Source: Lepidodermella squamata
Lineage: Eukaryota; Animalia; Gastrotricha
Length of the DNA stretch: 64,000 nt
NCBI GenBank assembly: GCA_047495785.1
Contig: JBLDXI010000003.1
Coordinates: forward strand, 3,596,001-3,660,000
Direction: 5' to 3'
Under the pieces are notes generated by a model. It did not search any database and was not told the DNA's origin. It saw only the letters and a program-made list of their open reading frames with translations. This document shows, piece by piece, positions 38,842 to 50,658 of the stretch. Every line of letters starts with the position of its first letter. The first letter of the stretch is position 1. The position numbers and the translations under genes were made by a program.

Positions 38842-40264
38842 AAATCCTCAATGAAATTCTGAACAAAATGCTGACAAAAAGAAGAATATCTAGATGAACT
38901 AAACGACATAGACATAAAAATAAATGATAGAATAATAGCTGAAATCGGCCATAATTAAAGTAACAGCCTAAGAAGTGGTCAGGTTTCAAGCAGAGGTTAT
39001 GGATATGGAGGAGGCAACTATCGTCGATTGTGAAAGCTGCTAGTAACAGATCTCTCAGAGACAGCAGCTCCCACACACACCTGACAAAGGACACCATTCA
39101 TTTGCAATCAAGAGAATGCCACTTGTTGCAAATGGGGATCATTGATCGATCAGCAACAGTCGACTCGTGTTTGTTCGAAGTTCCAAGCCTTCAACGACAT
39201 GTTAGCGCAGTTTCGAATATTGCGTCTGACAACGCCGAAAAGGATTATATCTCAGCTATCCTCGGCTCCACAGATGTGTTAGACAATCGCAATCTAGGTA
39301 TCGCCTGAAGAATCATCGGGCATGGGTCGGGAAGGCTATTGTGCTGAACAGCTGACAGTTCCAACTCGTCATCTCATGAGCAGGACCACCATTAAGATCA
39401 TTGGCCGAAGCTCAATCCGCTCAATCAAAGCTCAATCTCCTATGCAAATTTGTTCTTTGCATCTCATGTGACGACTTGGACGGCCAGTGATTTTCGACGA
39501 AGCTGCATTTGAGCCGTTTACGCCCATCTGCCTCAGCTGCAATCTCCAGAAGAAAAAGTTGTTACGAATGTAGCAACTGCAGCAAATTTCAGGGAGATCC
39601 ATCAGCCGTGGCGGCAACCAGGACCGCTGCTTCCTTGCCAACGCTAAAATCAGGGTCTTCCATGGATTTTCTTACGACTGGGTGCTGTTGCCAAATCTTG
39701 GCGATGGGTTACGCGCTACTAGGTCGCTACTAGGTCGCAATTAGCCATGAAAACAAGCAGCATGCCAAGATTGTTTCTGCTTGTAGTCCGAGATTTCCAA
39801 CATGAAACCGACTTGAGTAGTGCTGCTTCCCGAACCTCAGGATTTCAGTGTCAGCCAACGTTTTCTAGCGCGTAGCGCGAGAGTAAACATTATTCCTACA
39901 TGTTTCTTCGGTGGCTCTTTTATACAGGTTCTGGAATGTGCGAGAGAACACTCATTTTTTATTTCAATGTAACTGCCGCCAATCATTATTATCCTGAATC
40001 ATCATTTACAGGATTAGAAGGTCATTCCACTTACACAATCCTCAATTTTATCTAATCTCACTTTCCTCATTCACTGGAAGTGAGTTTGCTCGGATATCTT
40101 GTCATGCCTATATTCGAATTCATGATGGAAGAAACAGTCATCGGGCTTTTCACTTTACTTCATACATAGCGCCAAGCAAGACTCTGACCGAAACGTGCGC
40201 ATTAGGTCGAAATAAAATTATACATAAACACTAATATATTATGTTTATGAAATATTTTTTGCGA

Positions 40265-40894
40265 CTAATGGAGCATCAAAGCTGAATCCTGGGACGGTCT
40301 GGAGAAGCTTGGCATGGGTCCAGTCGGTGACAACCCTCCAGTTGACAACCGAGTGCTGTTTCGTTTCTCCCATTTCCGATCAGCTCTTCGTCGTCTGTGC
40401 ATACGATACATGTAGATCGAAAAGATGATCGAAAAAAGCGACATGGCGACACAAACCCCAGCTATACCAACAACAGCCGGCGTGCTTAGTCCCTGTTCCT
40501 TCACGCGGCTGGACGACGACGGCGATGCCGATAGCCCGCCCTCGTCTTCATCTTCAAGTTCGAACACGTTGAACACTTCGTTGTTACAAAGGTCTGAATC
40601 GCAGCATTTCGACCGCGATTTGCAACCAGTTTGATCTGAGCAGCTTCTGACTACATTATCCCTACAAAGATTCAAATGAAGAAAACTAAGTAATCAAAAA
40701 GTGTAGCCTTACGATCTTCCAGAGTAAATTGTGACGCAGCCGTTGTCGAAACCACTTGGACATGTCATAGGTCTGAAGTTTCTCGGGTCATTGCACCCGT
40801 CGGAAATGCAGAAATGGCAAACCAGTGCCAAAGTTTGCGTCGCACCGGCTAGAACCAGAGCCGTGAGTGCAATAAAACCGTTAAAGCGAAGCAT
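40265..40894 (-). CDS. Ly6/three-finger type-I membrane protein, copy 5 (divergent, canonical signal peptide); intron 40712-40662
   Basis: MLRFNGFIALTALVLAG signal, LVCHFC..CCDSDLCN, acidic/Ser stalk, TM, Ser/Pro tail; same phase-2 intron position as the other copies. Confidence 0.85.
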
Positions 40895-41399
40895 TTTTCT
40901 ACAACAAAATCACATCATGCCCTCGGGCTCAGGAGATATTTTAAGAGGAAATAATGATAAAGAAATGTTATCAGTCTCGCTAATTGCAGTGTGGGTCGCT
41001 TGTTTGGACGGTTCAAGCTATCCCAGCTTCATCACTGATAATTTTCAGAACGAGAAAAACCACTTCCTTAAAAGATATAAAAGGTTATACCATTATGAGG
41101 ACGAAAATTCTATACTGAGCAATTATGGATGGTTCCATCATAAACTCGTAAATGAGGAAACGGAATCCGTTGAAAAACAAAAACATGTAACATCTGATAT
41201 TTTCAGCTGAATTCCAATCACGCGACTCGTTGAAAAACATAATATAATTATGTTTGAAAAACGTTTACCTACTTTTCCAATTTTCCAAAATGCGACACCT
41301 CCTTTTGAAATTCATTGTTTTTATTAACAAATCGATAATGTGGTTGAAATCGGAAGAAAAAATCATTCCCAGAATTACGTATATCGGTTAGGTATTTTG

Positions 41400-43796
41400 C
41401 TAAACTTTGCCGACAGGAACTAGCGAACTTTTCGAGCTGATATCACTGATGATTTTGAGCGCCCGTTTCGTTGCTTCGTAGGTCTTTATAACGCTTTCGC
41501 GATAGGCAGCTTCATCAGGATTAACCTCCAGTAAATCTTCGTCAGACTCTTGAACGACAATGTGAAAATCAGCGGTGAAAAATTGCTTCAATTCGTTAAC
41601 AATTAGCAGAACAATCGTCTTTGGCACCATGTCGAAGGTTGTTTTATGAACGATTTCCATGTAAGATTCAACGCATTTGCCGATCACTATGACCCGCTTG
41701 CGATGTTCAGGATCGACCAGGATGCTGGAGATGATACTCTCCCACGACTCGTTCGAAGTTTTAACTGGAGCTGGCCTGGATGGCTTCGGGGAATCGGTCA
41801 CTGAATCGAAAGGATTCAATGGGTTCGCATCAACAGGAACAGGTGCCCCTGCGACCCGGAGAAAAGCATCCCGCCAGGCGTTTTTCGTCTCGACATCGCC
41901 GCAAATGAGTTCCAAATGCTTGTAATCGCCGACTAGATTCCGACCATCGACGCTGAAGACTGCGAAGAGATACTTGGAGCTCGATTGAAGATCCCGATAC
42001 TTCAACCCATTCGCCGGAATTCTGAACTTGACTTGATTCTCCTTATCGTCAGAAAACGCTGTTAAAGAATCACTAGTTAGGACGAACCAAGCTTGTTCCT
42101 TAGAATTTTTGAATAGATTAGAATTCTGCATGGTCAGCCAGCTTTTGATCAGCTGAGTGTTTGCCGCTCGTTGTACTGGAGGCGAAGGTTGTTTTTGTTG
42201 TTGTTGTTCGGGTTGTTCAACCTCCTGCGAGGCCTTCAAGAAGCCGATAAAGTCTTTATGATTGATGTTGATGTAAGCCATCTGCATATCCATCAGCATT
42301 TTGACTTGGTCCTTGCAAGCTTGTTCGCATTCTCGAGCCTTTTGAAAAGCCACCCGTTCACACTCAGCTTGAAGCCTAGGGTACTGCTTCATTTTCCCGG
42401 TAGCCTTATGAATCGCGGCTATGACTTCTTTGAGTACCATATCGACGCATTTGTAACTCGGCTCTAGGATGCGTTTGATTTGAGCTCGAACAACCGCCTC
42501 GAAGGCTGAGTGCGGGGTGAAGAGGCTAGTTCGAATGGCTTCGTTGTTCCAGATTGCAAAGCTGATTTCTTTGCACATCTTAGCTTTGTCGAGGGTTAGC
42601 GAGCTCAGCTCCTTCTGGAACTTGGTGTGGAATATGATGTTGATCATGGCTCCGGCGATCAGATTCTCGCTGAAGGACTGAAAAGTATAAAATCATTTAG
42701 AAAAAATTGAAATTAAATTTTTCAAATTTACCTCAACATCCGATCCGAACATAAGATTCTGAAACTCATCGGAAAAGTCGTGAAGCATTTGAGCAGCTTT
42801 CCGCCGGCGGCCTTTCTCGTCAACCGGGCCAAATTGCACGACATCCTTCTCCATTTTCGCCAATTTATCCTGCAAATCTCGCCGCAGGCCAGGAAATCGT
42901 TCCCGGATGTGTTCGGTCAACTGCTGATTCAAGGCTCGTTGGAGGAATATCGTGCCATTGCGTTCGGCCAGGTGGCGATAGGCTGGGTGGTTGGTGAAGT
43001 ACTTCCGCTCAGCGTCGACCGTTGATCTTATGTCTTTTTTACTCTCGATATCTCGCTGGCTTCGATTGACCACACCGATGTAACCGCGTCGAAGTGGTAG
43101 GACTTTATTCTCCAAAATGTCCCTCGCATCAGTTCCAGCGTCCATTAAATCTAGCTTTGTGATAACGCCAATAGTTCTCAGGCCCTGAGGATCGACCTCT
43201 CTCGCGATTTGCAACGCGTCTGAATTCGCCAGATCAGCATTGGCCGGTGAAACAGCTAGAATCAAACAGTTTTCGCGAGCAATGTACTCGAGAACCATTT
43301 TGCGAATCTGCTCGACGATATCCTTCGGTTGATCGCCGACTGGGTTCTTCGTTAGCCCGGGCAGGTCGATCAGGGTCAAATTTAGCACATTAGGCGAGTA
43401 GATTCGCAAATTGATAGGAACGTTTGAGACAGATTTCTTCGAACCCAAAAGTCGGTCAGTTTCACTCTCGATTTCTTCGCGAACCTCATCGAAGTTGTAG
43501 TACTGTTTGTCTCGCTTGTGTAGGAACTCGGCGTATTCCGTCGGGTGGTGGATGAGTTGCAGGACAAGAGGTCGGCGAGTGACAATGCCTGAACCTCTCG
43601 GCAGAAAGTCGCGACCGACGACGTTCTCCAAAACAGAACTTTTCCCAGCGGATTGACAGCCGACTACGGCGATTTGAGGCAAATCGAGTGAGAGGGGTAG
43701 TCCTAATGATGTGAAGGCATCTTGAAGGCTATTGACAACAGCGATGAGCTGTTCCATGCCCTGATTGCCTAAAACTACTGTTGAAGTTCCGGACAT
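41400..43796 (-). CDS. Dynamin paralog lacking a Pro-rich domain (~780 aa); exons 43796-42732, 42677-41400
   Basis: Same GTPase motifs ([25 protein letters not shown]), middle domain, PH and GED; ends just after GED. Confidence 0.92.
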
Positions 43797-45349
43797 TTTG
43801 CAATATTATAGTAAAAAGGCTTTGTAGTACAGTTAGTCTTAGTTGCTTGATAACCATAGTTTATCCAGCTTTTATATGCAGCGATTAGGTTACGCCTCTT
43901 TCATGTTATCACATCATAACCAGACTGGCCTTATCAAATTTCCAATGGCTTGATTCATCGATATCGCGGTGAATCAGCAGAGCAACAGGGCGGCTCTACA
44001 GCATAGATATAACAAGGCTTGCTAATTTCACCGAATTTTATCTCGTCAAAATTGAAGTTCCGTTTTATTTTTTCAATTCGTGAAATTTGACCCTTTAATT
44101 AGTTCAACTTTTTTCTTGAGCGATAAATAATGCGCAGTTCCTATAATAGCTGAATAATAGCCGTAGTGGGCGAGTGTTACTTTGGTGCGGCAATTACGAT
44201 GAATCATAAGTGTTGTTTCACGTTCACAATTCTTCTAGATATTTCCATAAACATGTTGACATTGTTCAAGAAAACAAGCGTTGCACTTGTAAAGTTAAAA
44301 TTATCCTGAAATTAAACAAATTTAAATCTTAAAATAGTCGAGGTCTATTGTCAACTGTGATTAATTGATATTATAGAAACCTCTACCTTGGCGCTTTTGT
44401 TACACCACGGTTAAAAATAATAAACACGTTGTAGAACTCCCAACGTGATGATTTTTTCAGTTCCGAGGAAACACAATAGCTGGTGATATTCGACACGGCA
44501 GAGATCTTGCATTTTGACCTACCGGTGCCTGACACGGCTGGCAACTTGTAATAGATGACGACGATGTTAAAAAAACGGCTTTACGCATTTGTTATTTATG
44601 CGCTAATGTGGTCACGCGCGGTTTTCAATGTGTATAAAGGAGCTAACGCACACGTTTTGGCAGCGACAGCCATTAACAACGATCAGCCTAGTCGCGGTCC
44701 GCCTCCTTAACTTCAAGTGTCACGAAATAAGATGGCGCTCGAAAACACCATTATACCGTATATATTTTCGTGAAATAAACACGCGTTTTTCAATATATTA
44801 CTATAATTGGTTAATTAATAGTTGAAATGTACACGTAGTGCGATAGCTGTTTCAGACATCGGATAAACAATGGATAAACACATACCTTAAGTGGTTTCCC
44901 CTGCATTTTCGACAACATTTCTTTTAAATCGCACTGAAAGTGAACCTGGCCAACAAAAAATCTGCATTATTTTTTTATAATTTTATGTTCGAAAATTGAC
45001 CCGATTTCCTTATTCTTTTAGATAATTAAATGTAGGGCAAAATGCCTTTTACAGCAATATTGATCCAAGCGCTAACCATCGCCTATTTAGCGAAAGTTGT
45101 TCGGCTATGTGAAAGTCAAGCTCAACCTCGATTACGCGGCGGCCAACCGGTAACATTTTTTCCCCCTCAATAAAAAATAGTTTTTAAATTTCAATTTTAA
45201 AGGATACAATTAATTACAATATAAATATTCGCGATCGAGTAATACCTCAAGCTGATACTAAGAACGCTTTCGATGACTCAGCGACTAGCATTCGAGACAT
45301 TCTAACATATTTCGACAGTCAAGGCCAGTCGTTTGACGCCGCTAACTCA

Positions 45350-45874
45350 ATGGGCGACCTCGCGCTGATTGTCTCAGCTGGGTCTGGTGACAACGCCCAG
45401 GTGAAAAAACTCCTGGATAACGGCGCTAGAATTGACGCGAGGAATGGCCAAAATTCGACTGCGTTGATTATGGCGGCTCGTTTCGGCAATTTTGAAACAG
45501 TTCGATTGCTACTCGACCGGGCTGCGGACGTCCAGGCTCGGAATAATTTAAACTACACAGCCCTTCACATTGCAGCGGAGTACGGCTATGTCGAAATTTG
45601 CGGTCTCTTACTAGATCGAGGGGCGGCGATTGACTTCAAGGAGGGGAAAGGACATACGCCTATGCTTCTAGCCGCTCTTCATGACAAATCACGAGTAGTG
45701 GACGAACTACTACGCCGGGGAGCTGATGTGAATGCTAGGAATCTGGACGGTTGGACGGCGATCCGTCTAGCGGCTAAAGCTGGTTTCACGGATACAGTTC
45801 GAGTACTGCGCCGGTACAGGGCTGATACAAGTGATTGCTTGTTCAGAATTTGTACAGGAATTTTATCGCGATGA
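45350..45874 (+). CDS. Small ankyrin-repeat protein (174 aa, ~5 repeats)
   Basis: TALIMAA, TALHIAAEYG, TPMLLAA, TAIRLAA repeats with LL.RGA.V.A linkers. Confidence 0.9.
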   Translation: MGDLALIVSAGSGDNAQVKKLLDNGARIDARNGQNSTALIMAARFGNFETVRLLLDRAADVQARNNLNYTALHIAAEYGYVEICGLLLDRGAAIDFKEGKGHTPMLLAALHDKSRVVDELLRRGADVNARNLDGWTAIRLAAKAGFTDTVRVLRRYRADTSDCLFRICTGILSR

Positions 45875-46201
45875 AAAATGATGAACTTAGAACACTATCT
45901 CAAACCCACATGAAATCAGTCTGAATTTTCGTAACAATAATTTGCGTTTTATAAAAGTTATTACTTATTTAATCATTGAGTGCAATTCGACACGATGCAG
46001 GTCAACGTCACAATAGGCTATAAAAAATGAACTGTTCTACGAAGACATTTTTTGACGTTTTAGGCTGAAAAAGTTGGACTGCCATCACTTATCGTTTTGT
46101 GGGTGTCGATGCATAAGTCATTAGCAGCTACAGAAACTAGCTAACCACGCTCAGTTTTCAGATGCCACTTTCTAAGGTAGTCGTTTTATAGCAGAAAAAC
46201 A

Positions 46202-49200
46202 ATGTTGGTGATAAAGCTGCTATTTGCGGCGTTTATCGCCAGTCGAAATGAAGTTCTCATGTGCTCGAATACCGGCCAGTACCAGCCGGAGTTATCCTTT
46301 CAAGGACCTGCAAACGTGCCAACTCTTTGGGAGTATTATCCTCCTATTGGTTTGGTGAGCCAAGGTAAACCGGTTGATGCAATTCGGCTTGTGTCTCAGG
46401 TGGAAAACCAGAATGGTGCCATGTGGGCGAGAGCGGTATAAAATTCAGAAAATTGACAAAACATTTATGATTTTTCTCCTTTTCGCTATAAGCCTTTCAA
46501 ACTAGACGACTTCTACATCGAGCTAACTTTTTCCATTACAAATTTGACTTCTGCTTCTGCAAATCCGTCAGGTTTTGGGATAATAATATCAAATCAGAAT
46601 GGTATTGTTCGAACTCCTAGTGGCGAGTTGAGCAACTCAGACTTCGATAAGGAATATGGCGTATCCAGTTATGATCATATAGGTCGGTTGAAGTTTCGAA
46701 TTTTTGCTTATAAAATTATCTACTGCCATGAGCTAGGCTTTACTGTAAGTGTGGATACGTTACGCGGTTGGGAAGCTGTCAGAGCCAACGTTATACGAGA
46801 CCAACCGAACGCTACGAAGTGGTATAGGAGCTGCAAACCACCGTCACAAGCCGATTTTTGCTTCATGACGACTCAATCGTTTATCGACACGTACCTCAAA
46901 ACAAAGGCGACAATAAAACTGAGAGTTCAGCAGCGCAATTTCACCGTTGACTTTTGCATTTTTAACACGACAAACTGCATTACAACACTGTCGAGCATCG
47001 ATATGGGCGAGTCGCTTCAAACCTCCTTCGCATCGGCGCAAATGTCGCTTGGAGTGATCGCTGCACATCCATCAGGGAGCTACGTAAATTTGGACATATT
47101 CAAGGTCGATGCGTGGGATTGTGGAACTGTGCCTGTACCTTCGCCTGTTAGTCCGACGGAGCTGTCCTGTCCCAGCGGAACATTTCGCCAAGAGTGGTCC
47201 TACACCTCACCAGCAGATCTGTCGCGATGGGACTACTATCCACCGTTCAATTTGAACAGCACTGGAGTGACTCCGGGCAACGTTCGCCTACTATCATCTG
47301 TGCCTGGACAAAATGGTGCCATGTGGGCGCAAACGGTAAGCATTTACTCTCTATTGGGAACCTCGTTATTTGGATTTTATTACAGCCACTGACGGTTCTA
47401 ACAGACATCTACATTGAATTTAGTATGGATCTTCAAGGAAATTGCACGTTCTATCTGGGAAATTCAGCGGCATATTGGCCATATGGCTTCCTGCTTATCG
47501 TTTCTAATCAGAACGGTATCGTGAGGCCGTCCGGCTTGACGCATCCTGATTACACTTCCAACTCTTCACTGAGATATGACTACGGCGTTGATCGAACTCA
47601 GCACATTGGTACATAGTTTAATTATATTTCTTTAGCGTAATCTTATCATCATTTACCTATTTTAGGCTTGTCGCAGTTTTTCCAAGCTTACCTGCGGAAT
47701 GGAATAATGGGATCAATCTACCCAACGCCAAATGCATACAAATGGTGGAGCAGTGATTGCTCAAGCGCGAACCTGCAAGATTGGTGCTCGCCGCGTTACA
47801 TGACTCAACTTGTTCTCAGTTCATACATCATGGGTAGGTCGACTTGGCAAGTGCGAATTACGAATCAATCTCTATCGATCAATGCTTGCAATTTTGATAT
47901 GACGTACTGCGTCGACTTTCTTCGAAACGCCAATATGAGCATTTCACTGAAGAGCTTGGCTGCAGGTGGTGGCTATTACCTAGGAATCACCGCGAGCAAC
48001 AAGGCATCAGAATTAAAATATAATCCTATAACTACCGACGTTCGGTCAATAAGATTCTATGATTGTGCCATGCCATCGAATCTGACTACAACAGCTGGTA
48101 CGAGCTCGCTTTCAACCGCAAAGATTGCAGCGACCACAAAGCCAAAGTCTACAATGGCGAACACTTCAGCCTCGGAAACATCTACTTCAAGCTCTGGGTC
48201 ATCAAAAGAAGTAATGTCTACCCATATCTGATGACTTCCAGACTGGAAATTTTATCGCACTTCATTCTCTAGGCTGTCACAACGGTTATGGCTACTTCGA
48301 CAGAAGAAATGACAACTGAAGATAATAATGTGCTGCTCTCCAGTTCGAAAAAATTCGGTAAGGCCTATATTACTTTACCGGTGAAATCACGTCATCGAGG
48401 ATTTATGCTAAGATGTGAAAGCGTTTGCCAAGTCAGTCGATAGCATCGGCTCCTCCGCGACGCAGATTATCATGCAGTTAATGACGATGTTTGGCGAAGA
48501 CGGGTTGCCATTCGCGAATATTACAGCTAAGCAGTTGGCTGATGAATGCAAAGACTTCCTCCCAGTACGGGCTGTTCCGCCGACTTCAGACTTGTCTCCT
48601 CTCACCATACGACCAGCGTTTGGCTTGCAAAAACTACTCGATGTTGATGTGGTCCAGGAAACGTTTTCTGTGGCTGGAACTGTCCTACTTACGTGGACAG
48701 TTGATACCTGCCCGGCTGATAGTGAGGATATTTTCACAGAACGGCCCTATGAGCAGTTGTACGTAGCTAAAACCTCCGACATATGGACGCCTTCGTTCCG
48801 ATTCGTCAATAGTGCTGAGGGCACTGTTTACATGCAGAACTCTGAAGAGTTCGGCGAAGACCTAATCGCTGTGACTTCAAAGTCCGATCGATCACCAAAT
48901 CGAACGGTGCAATTTTTCTGGCTGAAAGAGGGAAAGTTTACAGCTGCCTGTAGCATGGAACTTCAAAATTACCCATTTGACAAGCAAACCTGCACATTGG
49001 CCTTCTCTCTCAACCTTGGAAAAGGAATGATAGTTTTTAGCGATCCAATTTTCGCACTGCAGGAAAATGAAGATCAAGATAGATGGGAATTCGTTGGACA
49101 CGGTTACAACATCTCAACAATGATTTCCAGAGGAACCAAGTCGAGCGCTGTATTTTACGCGGTCTCAATTACTCGCAACCCATCGTATTTCGTTTACAAC

Positions 49201-49614
49201 CTCATAGTACCAAACGCTGTACTGTACGTCGTTGAAATTGCTTCGTTTGCCATCCCAGCGACAGAACCTGACCGCCCCGCGTTTTCAATGGCTGTTTTAC
49301 TGGCGATGGGCGTGGCGCAATCAACGGTCTCTAGCAATGTCGCTAAGACTTCCCAACGAATTTTGCTGATGGATTACGTCTTTTTGATGTTCTGGCTGGC
49401 TGCTTGCTGTACTGTATATCAACTGGTAGCCTGCTGTTATGAAAGTGTTTGGCGCGAATTCGATGAGAATCTTGGTTTCCCTGGCTTGCCTGCTTTCGCT
49501 GTCAAGAGAGGTGGTCTTATAAGAATTTTTGACCTGATCATCCCCGGCTGTTGCATTTTCGCCGGTGTTTTGGTTCATTCATTTCTCATCCATGTTTATC
49601 TCAATTCTGACTGA
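46202..49614 (+). CDS. Lectin-like domain/Cys-loop ligand-gated ion channel fusion 1 (~1025 aa); exons 46202-46435, 46493-46682, 46737-47335, 47386-47608, 47666-48210, 48273-48357, 48413-49614
   Basis: Six 50-62 nt GT-AG introns give one open frame: signal, two L-type-lectin-like repeats, S/T stalk, pLGIC ECD (IWTP, Cys-loop CSMELQNYPFDKQTC) and M1-M4. Confidence 0.82.
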
Positions 49615-50658
49615 GAGCAAGTGCCAAGCTAAATTCCGGTGGAAACAAACCTGTGAAGAGGCTCGCCAAAACTCTGATCCATATTATATAATGATCCCAC
49701 TATCAAATCACAATTAGATCTCACTAGTAGTGCGACTGAAAGCTACTAACGTGTTGCCAGCAACCCCATGCTATTCGAAAACTGTCACCCAAATTATGTT
49801 TCATCTCACCTTCGGTAGTAATAAAGCCATGTAATACCCAGTCCAGTGTTGTGCAAATGATTCGACTCACGGTAAACAAATCGACGGTCGCGTCCACCAA
49901 CGTACAATGAAGATGGGACACTGCGATGCGAAAAAGCAGTGTTCGTCGTAGATACATAAGCTGCACACGTGAAGTTCACACTCAATGGTCAAATGGCAAA
50001 TTAAGGTGAAATTCGACAAAAAATATGCCCAGGATTAGATTTAATAAACGAAAAGAATAAAATTGACGATCTAAAACTGTTGTGTAATGGTTTAGCATTC
50101 GAGCAAACCGATAGCGTGTTCATCATTATATCATCCCCCCTCTAGTCGCGAAGCCTTCGGCTGATGCGAAAATGTAGGCATAATTTATGCAGTGTTCTGG
50201 TCTCGATGCCTAATCTTTTCGTTTGTCCACTTAAAGACTCAAATCATCCTGGAGGCGTCATCCTTTTTTCGCGTACCCCGTGCTTATACCTGCAATTCTC
50301 GCATTGAAAACGGAGCAAAATTGCTATAGTTGTGTCTATGCTTAGATTTTACATAAGCCTTGGTGGATTTTTAGCCATCATCGTTTTTAATGCGCATCTC
50401 GTTGCTTATTGATGAATGATTTTGCGAAATAAAGGTCCCCGTCATTTGAAGATATTGAATGAACTTCCCAGCGGCTTCAAACTTCATAATCCTGCTGTTT
50501 CTAGAGATAAAACATCTCCGACATTGCTTTGCTGAAGCTTCAGGGTAGCAATGAATTATTCAAAGCAAAGGGCGTAATGGTTACCAAGCGCCGTTTTGAA
50601 AAAAATCGCTTCACCGCCCATTTTTTCAGTTTTAAACTAGCAAGAGCATCCTGAACCA

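Noticed and set aside
48415-49614. Stand-alone nicotinic receptor alpha subunit
   Set aside because: No signal peptide or ATG start at the exon edge, no vicinal loop-C cysteines, and it splices in frame to upstream exons.
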